This document shows positions 17,449 through 24,000 of a stretch of DNA of 24,000 bases, one piece after another. Made by a program: the position numbers and the translations under genes. The DNA lies in assembly GCA_052038485.1 (NCBI GenBank), contig JBQGCL010000039.1, forward strand, positions 6,884-30,883. Reading direction: 5' to 3'. This stretch comes from Thermoleophilaceae bacterium (GTDB lineage: Bacteria > Actinomycetota > Thermoleophilia > Solirubrobacterales > Thermoleophilaceae). Each line of letters starts with the position of its first letter. Position 1 is the stretch's first letter. The notes beneath the pieces were generated by a model. That model was not told the origin of the DNA and searched no databases. It was given only the letters and a program-made list of their open reading frames with translations.

Positions 17449-17991
17449 ATGCCGCGCTCGATGGTCCGCCTCGCCGCCTGCCTGCTCGCGCTCGCCGCCC
17501 CGCTCGGGCTGGTCGCCTGCGGCGACGACGAGCAGGGCATCGACGAGCCTGCCCGCGAGGGACTCGCCATAGAGCTCGGCGGCGTCGACTACACGGTCTT
17601 CATCACGCGCGAGCTCAACCCGAAGATCACGCCGGACAACGCCTATGTCACCGACGAGGCGCCGCCCGGCGAGTCGCTCTACGGGATCTTCCTGCGCGCC
17701 TGCAACGTGTCGGACGACCAGCGCGAGGTCGCCAGCGACTTCACGGTCACCGACAACCAGGGCAACAAGTTCGAGCCGGAGCCGCTGCCCGATGACAATC
17801 AGTTCGCCTACATCCCGCGCGCCCTGGACCCCGAGGAGTGCATCCCCGAGGCCGGCAGCGTGGCTCAGCTCGGCCCGACCGCCGGCTCGATGCTGCTCTT
17901 CCAGTTCCCGCTCGAGAACACGGAGAACCGTCCGCTCGAGCTCGAGATCGAGCAGAACGGCGAGAAGCGCACGTTCGAGCTCGATATCTAG
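17449..17991 (+). CDS. lipoprotein, DUF4352-like beta-sandwich
   Basis: ORF 17449..17991. Signal peptide with lipobox LAAPLGLVAC-GDD. The body (FTVTDNQGNKFEPEPL...LLFQFPLE) resembles DUF4352-type lipoproteins. The ATG lies 1 nt after the SRPBCC stop. Confidence 0.65.
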   Translation: MPRSMVRLAACLLALAAPLGLVACGDDEQGIDEPAREGLAIELGGVDYTVFITRELNPKITPDNAYVTDEAPPGESLYGIFLRACNVSDDQREVASDFTVTDNQGNKFEPEPLPDDNQFAYIPRALDPEECIPEAGSVAQLGPTAGSMLLFQFPLENTENRPLELEIEQNGEKRTFELDI

Positions 17992-19670
17992 AGGGCCGCG
18001 TCGAGCACGACCCGAGCCGCCGGCGCCGCCGTGGCGCCGCCCGCTCCGGCACGCACCAGCATCACCGCCACCGCGATCTTGGGCCGGCCGGCGGGCGCGT
18101 AGGCGGCGAACCAGGCGTCGGTGTTGGTCGGGTCCGGGGGCTCCGTCTCCCCGGTCTCCGGGTCGCGCGTGTCCTCGAGCTCGGCGGTGCCGGTCTTGCC
18201 GGCCACCCTCACGCCCGGCAGCGCCGCAGCCGTGCCGGTCCCGTACTCGACCACGTCGAGCATCAGCGATTCGATCGTGCGCGCGATGCGCCGCTTGATC
18301 ACCCGGTCGCTGCGCGTGGCGTCGCCCAGCGCCAGGGTCGGGACGTGGCGCACCCCGCGCGCCGCGATCGTCTGCGCCACCGAGGCCATCTGGAGCGGCG
18401 TCGCGAGCGTGCGGAACTGGCCGATCGCCGTCGACCCGACCTCGAGCGGGGTCTTGATCTCGGTCGCAGGCGGCAGCGTGCTCGGCACCTCGCCGGGGAC
18501 CGCCGGGTCGGCGTTCCAGCCGAACCGCTCGGCCGCGTCGACGAGCGCCTCGGCCCCGATCTCCACGCCGAGCGGCGCGAACACCGAGTTGCACGAGTGG
18601 GCGAAGCTGTTGCGGAACGTGCCGCCGCAGTACTCGCCGTTGGCGTTCTCCAGCTCGACGCCGTCGATCGTCGCCGCGGTCGAGACCGGGAACTCCGTCG
18701 AGGGCTTGACCGCCCGGGCCTCCAGCGCAGCCGCGGTGGTAACGATCTTGAAGGTCGAGCCAGGCGGTTGCGGCGCCGAGAACGCGATCCCGGCCAGCGC
18801 CCGGATCTCGCCGTTGCGCGGGTCGAGCGCGGCGACCCCGCCGAAGCGGCCCGCCAGCGCGGTCACCGCTGCCTCCTGGAGGACCGTGTCGATCGTCGTG
18901 CGCACCGGCGGCGCCCGCCGCGGGCGGGCGCGCTCGATCGTCCTCGTCCCCGCCAGCAGCTCGCCGCCCGGGCGGCCGGCGAGCCGGTTCTCGAACGCCT
19001 CTTCGAGGCCGTTCTGACCGACCGGCCAGTCGCGCGGGAATCCCTGCGCATAGAGGGCCCGTCGCTCCTCGGCGGTCTCCTCGGGGGCGAGTGTCCCGGC
19101 GATCGAGCCGGCGATCGCCTCGAGCGGCGAGCTGCGGTCGTCGACCGGTCCGCGCGCCAGCACCTTGCCGTCGCGTGACAGCAGCGTGCCGCGTCGGGGC
19201 GGCTCGCTGCGGCGCGCCAGGCCCTCGCCGCGGCGCAGCCCCGGGAAGGCCAGCAGCGGACCCCAGGTCACGCGCTCGTCGCTGACCGGAAGGCTGAGCT
19301 CACCCGACACCCGCCCGAACACGCGCGTGTGGAGGACCACCGGCACGGTCACGCTGCCGTCGTGCTCGCCCCCGGGGTCGCCCGCCTCGACCCGGCGGGC
19401 GGTCGCGGTGGCGGCGGCATCGCGGTAGGCGCGCCGGAACTCGCGCGCCGAGTAGGCCCGCTTCGACGCGTCGTCGAGCAGCGCGTACATCGCGTCGTAG
19501 TCCTGGCGCTCCCAGGCCTCGGTGAACTGGCGCGCGGTCCGCTCGGAGGCCGACGATGTGCTCGACCCGACCACCATCCCGGCGCCCCCGGCGATCAGCG
19601 CGAGCGCCCCCAGCGCGGGCAGCGCGCGGTGGGTGAGCCGGCGCCGCCGCTCGGGGGAGATGTCGATCAC
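17988..19670 (-). CDS. class B penicillin-binding protein (NTF2-like MecA_N domain + transpeptidase)
   Basis: ORF 17988..19670, GTG start. N-terminal TM helix ALPALGALALIAGGAGMVVG. NTF2-like region (FTEAWERQDYDAMYALLDD...). Transpeptidase motifs STFK, SCN (SxN) and KTGTAE. Confidence 0.88.
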   Translation of the reverse strand: MIDISPERRRRLTHRALPALGALALIAGGAGMVVGSSTSSASERTARQFTEAWERQDYDAMYALLDDASKRAYSAREFRRAYRDAAATATARRVEAGDPGGEHDGSVTVPVVLHTRVFGRVSGELSLPVSDERVTWGPLLAFPGLRRGEGLARRSEPPRRGTLLSRDGKVLARGPVDDRSSPLEAIAGSIAGTLAPEETAEERRALYAQGFPRDWPVGQNGLEEAFENRLAGRPGGELLAGTRTIERARPRRAPPVRTTIDTVLQEAAVTALAGRFGGVAALDPRNGEIRALAGIAFSAPQPPGSTFKIVTTAAALEARAVKPSTEFPVSTAATIDGVELENANGEYCGGTFRNSFAHSCNSVFAPLGVEIGAEALVDAAERFGWNADPAVPGEVPSTLPPATEIKTPLEVGSTAIGQFRTLATPLQMASVAQTIAARGVRHVPTLALGDATRSDRVIKRRIARTIESLMLDVVEYGTGTAAALPGVRVAGKTGTAELEDTRDPETGETEPPDPTNTDAWFAAYAPAGRPKIAVAVMLVRAGAGGATAAPAARVVLDAAL

Positions 19671-19694
19671 GGATTACTACCCTGGCTCCGGCGC

Positions 19695-20843
19695 GTGACC
19701 GCCCTGGACTGGATCATCGTCGTATTCACGGTGCTGATGGCGCTCTGGGGGTATGCCCAGGGGCTGATCGTAGGCGCGCTGTCACTGGCCGGGTTTGCCG
19801 CGGGTGCATTCATAGGTTCGCGCCTGGGGCCGCTGCTGCTCGCGGAGGGCTCGGAATCGCCCTACGCACCGCTGATCGCTCTCGTCGGCGCGCTCATGCT
19901 CGGCGGCGTCCTGGCCTCGGGGCTGGAGCTGGTCGGCTTCCGCCTGCGCCACGGACTGGGCGACCGGCTCGGCGTCGTCGACGGCGTGGGCGGCGGCGCG
20001 CTGGTGGCGTGTCTGGCCCTGGGGCTGGTCTGGCTCGCCGGTGCGGTGGCGCTCCAGACGCCCGGCGCGCGCGACGTGCGCGACTCGATCCAGCGCTCGG
20101 CAATCCTCAGCTATCTCAACGACCACCTGCCGCCGTCCGGGCCGATCTTGCGCGCGTTCGCCCGCTTCGACCCGTTCCCGCAGATCGAGGGGCCGCAGGC
20201 TGACGTCGCCGAGCCCAACTCGCGGATCGCGCGCGACCCGCAGGTGCGTGCCGCGGGCCGCAGCGTGGTCAAGATCCTCGGCACCGCCTGCGGGCTGGGC
20301 GTGCAGGGCAGCGGCTGGGTCGCGGGCGACGGCGTGGTCGTGACCAATGCCCACGTCGTGGCGGGGCAGGACGACACGACCGTCCAGGTCGGCGGGAGCG
20401 GGCCGCACCTCGACGCCCAGGCGATCTGGTTCGACTCGCGCAACGACCTGGCGCTGCTGGTCGCGCCCGGGCTGGGCGACGCGCCCGCGCTGCGACTGCG
20501 CCGCGACGCCCCGCGCGGCACCTCGGCGGCGATCCTCGGCTTCCCCGAGAACGGGCCCTACGACGTCGCGCCCGCGCGGCTCGGGACGACCTCGGCGGTC
20601 GTGAGCCAGGACGCGTACGGGCACGGCCCGGTGCGCCGCTCGATCACCGCGCTGCGGGGGCGCGTGCGGCAGGGCAACTCGGGCGGTCCGGTGGTCGACG
20701 GGCGCGGCCGCGTGGTCACGACGATCTTCGCGGCGACCGTTTCGGACGGCGGCCGAAGCGGGTACGGCGTGCCGGATGCGGTGGTGGCGGATGCGCTCGA
20801 GAACGCCGAGGGTCCGGTCGATACGGGTCCCTGCGCCCGGTAG
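19695..20843 (+). CDS. CvpA-family membrane domain fused to an S1 trypsin-like serine protease (MarP/Rv3671c-like)
   Basis: This is the C-terminal 382 codons of ORF 19329..20843. GTG 19695 gives VTALDWIIVVFTVLMALWGYAQGL, a typical CvpA N-terminus, followed by about 4 TM helices. Protease triad contexts: TNAHVV (His), NDLALL (Asp), GNSGGPVV (Ser). The upstream ORF part is antisense to the PBP gene. Confidence 0.85.
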   Translation: MTALDWIIVVFTVLMALWGYAQGLIVGALSLAGFAAGAFIGSRLGPLLLAEGSESPYAPLIALVGALMLGGVLASGLELVGFRLRHGLGDRLGVVDGVGGGALVACLALGLVWLAGAVALQTPGARDVRDSIQRSAILSYLNDHLPPSGPILRAFARFDPFPQIEGPQADVAEPNSRIARDPQVRAAGRSVVKILGTACGLGVQGSGWVAGDGVVVTNAHVVAGQDDTTVQVGGSGPHLDAQAIWFDSRNDLALLVAPGLGDAPALRLRRDAPRGTSAAILGFPENGPYDVAPARLGTTSAVVSQDAYGHGPVRRSITALRGRVRQGNSGGPVVDGRGRVVTTIFAATVSDGGRSGYGVPDAVVADALENAEGPVDTGPCAR

Positions 20844-20862
20844 GCCCGCTAGAACTCGGGTC

Positions 20863-21720
20863 ATGCGTGTGTTCCGGACACTCGCCGCGCTGTGCTGCGT
20901 AGGGGCCGTGATCGCGGCGGTCGCGCCGGCGCAGGAGCCGCCCGAGGGCACCCCGCCGCCGCGCGCGAAGGTCGACGACAACCCCTGCGTCACCCCCCTC
21001 GCCAAGGGGCTGCGATGCCCCGATCTGGTCATGCGGCAGCCGTGGGGGCTCTACCTCGACAAGCTGACGCGGCGCGGGCGCGCCCTGCTGCGCGCCGGGA
21101 ACGTGATTGACTCGATCGGTCGCGGCCCGGCCGAGCTGCGCGGCGTGCGCTACAACCGCGTCTACATGCACGCCCGCCAGCGCATCTACAAGCGCAAGCG
21201 GGGCTGGATCACGGTGCGCACGGGCGCACGCCTGCGGCTCAAGTTCGCGCACCTCTCGCGCTACTGGTGGAAGTTCTACAACGCGGCCCGCTTCGAGCTG
21301 TGGAGCCTCGACGGCCGGGGCCGGCGGGTCGAGAAGGTGCGCACCGGGCCGAAGGTCTCCTACTGCCTGCGCGACCTCACTCACACGCGCCCGACGCTGC
21401 GCGGCTCGCCCTACCTGCCGCACTACCCGGCGTGCAACACCAACATCAACGCGCGCCGCGACTTCCTCGGCACATCCGTCGGCTGGGCCGACATCTACCC
21501 GCCCAGCTACCCCGAGCAGTGGATCGACGTGACCGGCCTGCGCGGCTGCTTCGCCTACGTCCACATCGCCGACCCGGAGAACGGCGTCTACGAGTCGAAC
21601 GAGGACAACAACGAGGCCCAGGTGATCGTGCGGCTGCCGTTCAAGCTCGGCGAGCGGCGGCGGGGTTGCCGCGGGCGCGACCGCGGGAAGTTCCACGATC
21701 CGCGGCAGTATCCGGGGTAG
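20863..21720 (+). CDS. secreted lysyl-oxidase-fold (LOX-like) protein lacking the copper His motif
   Basis: This is the C-terminal 285 codons of ORF 20776..21720. ATG 20863 gives the signal peptide MRVFRTLAALCCVGAVIAAVAPA-QE. The C-terminal half aligns by eye with the animal LOX catalytic domain. GPKVSYCLRD matches GHKASFCLED, WADIYPPSYPEQWIDVTG matches YDTYGADIDCQWIDITD, and ESNEDNNEAQV matches ESDYTNNVVRC. The CDS is confident; the family call is moderate. Confidence 0.6.
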   Translation: MRVFRTLAALCCVGAVIAAVAPAQEPPEGTPPPRAKVDDNPCVTPLAKGLRCPDLVMRQPWGLYLDKLTRRGRALLRAGNVIDSIGRGPAELRGVRYNRVYMHARQRIYKRKRGWITVRTGARLRLKFAHLSRYWWKFYNAARFELWSLDGRGRRVEKVRTGPKVSYCLRDLTHTRPTLRGSPYLPHYPACNTNINARRDFLGTSVGWADIYPPSYPEQWIDVTGLRGCFAYVHIADPENGVYESNEDNNEAQVIVRLPFKLGERRRGCRGRDRGKFHDPRQYPG

Positions 21721-21789
21721 CGGCGCCTCTTCAGCACAGGCGAACGACAGGCAACAAGGGCAGCCGGTTCGCGGCCTCGAGCCCACGAG

Positions 21790-21826
21790 GTTGACTTTTG
21801 CCCCCTATAGCGCGGTTAAAGTCAAC
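21790..21826. repeat. perfect 9-bp AT-rich inverted repeat GTTGACTTT-N19-AAAGTCAAC
   Basis: Read directly from the sequence. The arms are at 21790-21798 and 21818-21826. The spacer TGCCCCCTATAGCGCGGTT contains the palindrome CTATAG. It lies in the 178-bp spacer between two convergent genes. Confidence 0.8.
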
Positions 21827-21831
21827 TTCGT

Positions 21832-21860
21832 GGCGGTGCGGTCGCGGACGCCGCCTTCTT
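21832..21860 (+). terminator. possible intrinsic terminator downstream of the LOX-like gene
   Basis: GGCGGTG (21832-21838) pairs with CGCCGCC (21849-21855), including one G-U pair, around a 10-nt loop. TTCTT (21856-21860) follows. The T-tract is short, so this is weak. Confidence 0.3.
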
Positions 21861-21898
21861 AGCCGCTGTTTACGTCTCGGGCAACACGTGCGCCCGGG

Positions 21899-22609
21899 CT
21901 AGCCCAGCCCCGTCGGCCCGAAGCGCTCCGTGCGCACGTGCTGCGGGTCGAGGCCGTTTCGGAGCAGCAGTGTCGTGGCGGCCTCGACGAAGCCGTTCGA
22001 GCCGCATACGAAGGCGACCTCCGCGTCGCCGGTCAGCATCGCCTCGTCGATGTGGCCGGTGTGGCCGCTCCAGCCGTCCGGCGGTTCGCGGGTGTAGGTG
22101 ATCGACGCGTCGTCGCCGAGCTCGTCGGCGTAGATCACGTCCTCGGCCGTGCGCACCGAGTAGACCAGCCGCATTGCGGTGTCCGGCGTGGTGCGGCGCT
22201 TGTGGCGCAGCATGCACATCAGCGGCACGACGCCCGAGCCGCCGCCCACCAGCAGCACGGGCGACTCGCCGTGCCAGACGAAGTAGGACGCGAACGGTCC
22301 GCGCACCTCGATCTGGTCGCCCTCGACCAGGACGTCGTGCAGGTAGGGGGAGACCTCGCCGTCGGCCAGCCGGTCGACGGTCAACTCGATCACGCCCTCG
22401 TCGAGCGGAGACGACGCGATCGAATAGGAGCGCTGCGCCTGGTAGCCGTCAGGAGCGGTCAGGCGGACGTCGTAGTGCTGGCCCGGCTGGTGCGGCATCC
22501 ACATCGGCAGCTCGAGTCGGAAGGACTTGACGCGCGGCGTCTCGACCTCGATCGCGGCGACCGTGCCGATCTGCCATTGGCCCGGCGCCTTCTGCGTCAG
22601 TCCGTCCAA
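21899..22609 (-). CDS. FNR-family FAD/NAD(P)H-binding oxidoreductase (ferredoxin-reductase type, no Fe-S domain)
   Basis: This is the C-terminal 236 codons of ORF 21899..23065. TTG 22609 is preferred, with the purine-rich GGAAGGAAGAG just upstream. It overlaps the upstream gene by 13 nt. FAD motif RSYSIAS, NAD(P) motif LLVGGGSGVVP, and a C-terminal ERFG. Confidence 0.8.
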   Translation of the reverse strand: MDGLTQKAPGQWQIGTVAAIEVETPRVKSFRLELPMWMPHQPGQHYDVRLTAPDGYQAQRSYSIASSPLDEGVIELTVDRLADGEVSPYLHDVLVEGDQIEVRGPFASYFVWHGESPVLLVGGGSGVVPLMCMLRHKRRTTPDTAMRLVYSVRTAEDVIYADELGDDASITYTREPPDGWSGHTGHIDEAMLTGDAEVAFVCGSNGFVEAATTLLLRNGLDPQHVRTERFGPTGLG

Positions 22610-23208
22610 TAGCGCTCTTCCTTCCACGGGTCGCCGCGGTTGTGGTAGCCGTTCGCCTCCCAGAAGCCGGGCTCGTCGTGGTCCATCACGCGCAGGCCGG
22701 CGACCCATTTGGCGCTCTTCCAGAAGTAGAGGTGCGGCACCAGCAGCCGGGCGGGGCCGCCGTGCTCGCGCGGCAGCGGCTCGCCCTCGTGTCTGCTGAC
22801 GACCCAGGCCTTGCCGCCGGTCAGGTCCTCGATCGCGACGTTGGTCGTGTAGCCGCCGTACGAGTGGACCATCGTGTAGACGCCGCGCAGGTCGATCTCG
22901 GCGAGCAGCGTGTCGAGCGAGACCCCGGTGAAGCTGGTGCCGAGCTTCGACCACTTGGTCACGCAGTGGATGTCGCACGGCACCTCCTCCTGAGCCAGCT
23001 GGTGGAACTGCGTCCAGTTCCACTCGCGCGGCGTGCGAACCATGCCGTCGATCTTGAAGCTCCACTCCGCCGTGTCGACCAGCGGTGTCGGGCCCGCCGT
23101 GAGCACCGGGAAACCGGTCTCGACGTACTGGCCAGGCGGCACTCGCCCCGCGAGCTCCTCGGGCACCTGACGGCGCCGGGTGAAGCCGCGGGAGATGAAT
23201 CCGCTCAC
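22597..23208 (-). CDS. soluble sulfite-oxidase-fold molybdopterin oxidoreductase (YedY/MsrP-like catalytic domain, no signal peptide)
   Basis: ORF 22597..23208, GTG start. Contains the Mo-ligand Cys context DIHCVTKWS, then GGPARLLVPHLYFWKSAKWV and HDEPGFWEANGYH. It matches the roughly 200-aa actinobacterial 'sulfite oxidase-like oxidoreductase' family as I recall it. Confidence 0.8.
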   Translation of the reverse strand: MSGFISRGFTRRRQVPEELAGRVPPGQYVETGFPVLTAGPTPLVDTAEWSFKIDGMVRTPREWNWTQFHQLAQEEVPCDIHCVTKWSKLGTSFTGVSLDTLLAEIDLRGVYTMVHSYGGYTTNVAIEDLTGGKAWVVSRHEGEPLPREHGGPARLLVPHLYFWKSAKWVAGLRVMDHDEPGFWEANGYHNRGDPWKEERYWTD

Positions 23209-23218
23209 ACGCGCGAGC

Positions 23219-24000
23219 CTACCGCGCCAGGTGCATGCCCATCGCGCGCGGGGCGGCGCACAGGGCGCGGGTGAGCGGGTCCGCCGTGCGGCCGTCCTCC
23301 TCGATCCGCTCGCGCCGCACCAGCGCGCCGCGTACCAGCGAGCCGCCGATGAACGTGAGCGGCTCCGGCGGGACCCAGGCGCCCGCGCCCGCGCCGACCA
23401 GCGGCAGGCGAGTGAGCTCGTCGTCCGCCCCGCTCGCGAGCGCGGCCAGCGTGCGGCCGACCAGGTTCGTCGGGCCGACGCCGTTGCCAGTGAAGCCGAA
23501 GCCGAAGTGGACCGGCCGGCCGGGCAGCGTGCCGATCTGCGGGATGTGGCTGGGGGACACGTCGATCGGGCCGCCCCAGGCGTTCGTGATGCGACGCCCC
23601 TCGAGCCCCGGGAACAAGCGCACGAGGGCCGCGTGGGCCGCGTCCACCGCGCGCCTGTCGAGCTCCACCCGCCCGTTCACGCGCCCGCCGTAGGCGAGCC
23701 GTCCGCCGCCCCAGCCGAGCAGGATGCGGCCGTCGCGCGTCGTGCGGAAGTAGTGCACGAGCGTGCGGCCGTCGGTCATGCACTCGCCTCCGGTCCAGCC
23801 CAGCTCGGCGATCACGTCGGGTACCGGCTCGGTCAGCACGATGTGCGACGAGGTCACCGTCAGGCGGCCGCGCAGGTGCCGTTGCGTGCGCGCGGCGGGC
23901 CCGATCGCGAGCACCACGGCGCCGGCCTTGACGCTTCCCCCGGCGGTCTCCACCGGCGGCCCGACCCGCCGCACCGGCGAGCGCTCGTAGACCCGTACGC
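23219..24000 (-). CDS. FAD-dependent oxidoreductase (DAO family), 3' part; the gene continues past the window end
   Basis: ORF 23219..23974. The frame remains open to base 24000 (..VRVYERSPVRRVGPPVETAGGSVKAGAVVLAIG), so the GTG at 23974 is internal. DAO-type C-terminal blocks AGAVVLAIG and FGFGFTGNGVGPTNLVG. Confidence 0.75.
   Translation of the reverse strand, partial: VRVYERSPVRRVGPPVETAGGSVKAGAVVLAIGPAARTQRHLRGRLTVTSSHIVLTEPVPDVIAELGWTGGECMTDGRTLVHYFRTTRDGRILLGWGGGRLAYGGRVNGRVELDRRAVDAAHAALVRLFPGLEGRRITNAWGGPIDVSPSHIPQIGTLPGRPVHFGFGFTGNGVGPTNLVGRTLAALASGADDELTRLPLVGAGAGAWVPPEPLTFIGGSLVRGALVRRERIEEDGRTADPLTRALCAAPRAMGMHLAR

Noticed and set aside
17971-17995. Polylinker-like run of restriction sites (GAGCTC GATATC TAGA), suggesting vector or synthetic DNA
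   Set aside because: The bases are in-frame codons of both convergent genes (..FELDI-stop on plus, ..DAAL-stop on minus). Flanking sequence is native-looking, so this is coincidence.
19329-19694. Long N-terminal extension of the MarP-like ORF (504 aa form)
   Set aside because: It is antisense to the PBP gene and low-complexity. GTG 19695 yields a canonical CvpA N-terminus (TALDWIIVVF...).
1-24000. Scan for CRISPR arrays, tandem repeats, tRNA/rRNA genes, IS ends, or compositional islands indicating horizontal transfer
   Set aside because: I saw no repeat-spacer periodicity, cloverleaf-like segments, terminal inverted repeats with a transposase, or extended GC shift. The only AT-richer patches are short intergenic regions (about 6810-6840, 16490-16550, 21790-21826). 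A by-eye scan cannot exclude small RNAs.

Overview
Very GC-rich, densely packed window with strong third-position GC bias. It looks like core chromosome of an actinobacterial-type genome: lysA-hom-thrC-thrB order, gltBD, a MarP-like CvpA-protease fusion, and Holin-X/DUF3618 stress genes. I call 25 protein-coding genes. These are a Lys/Thr biosynthesis cluster with a trailing Nudix gene (1-4222); a minus-strand ParA-like/amidase/DUF1801 operon (4206-6792) diverging from gltBD; gltB-gltD followed by a signal-less DsbA-like protein and an SDR epimerase (6892-14440); a three-gene operon of small membrane-anchored stress proteins (14437-15715); a zinc-ribbon-FHA protein facing a small zinc-ribbon ORF, an SRPBCC protein and a lipoprotein (15913-17991); an envelope cluster of class-B PBP, MarP-like protease and a secreted lysyl-oxidase-fold protein (17988-21720); and a minus-strand operon of a DAO-type flavoprotein, a soluble sulfite-oxidase-fold Mo enzyme and an FNR-type reductase (21899-24000). 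Genes are tightly coupled (ATGA, GTGA, TTGA, CTGA and TGATG junctions), and three of the four convergent junctions overlap. I recognise no rRNA, tRNA, CRISPR array, IS/transposase/integrase, prophage or known defence genes. Most long six-frame ORFs are off-frame or antisense artefacts of high GC. I see no clear-cut novel system. The most unusual items are the secreted LOX-fold protein that keeps the LTQ Lys/Tyr but lacks the copper His motif and follows a MarP-like protease; the divergent zinc-ribbon-FHA / zinc-ribbon pair around an AT-rich island; the soluble Mo-enzyme/FNR/DAO operon; and an AT-rich perfect inverted repeat in the only long convergent spacer. All family calls come from motif recognition by eye, not database searches.
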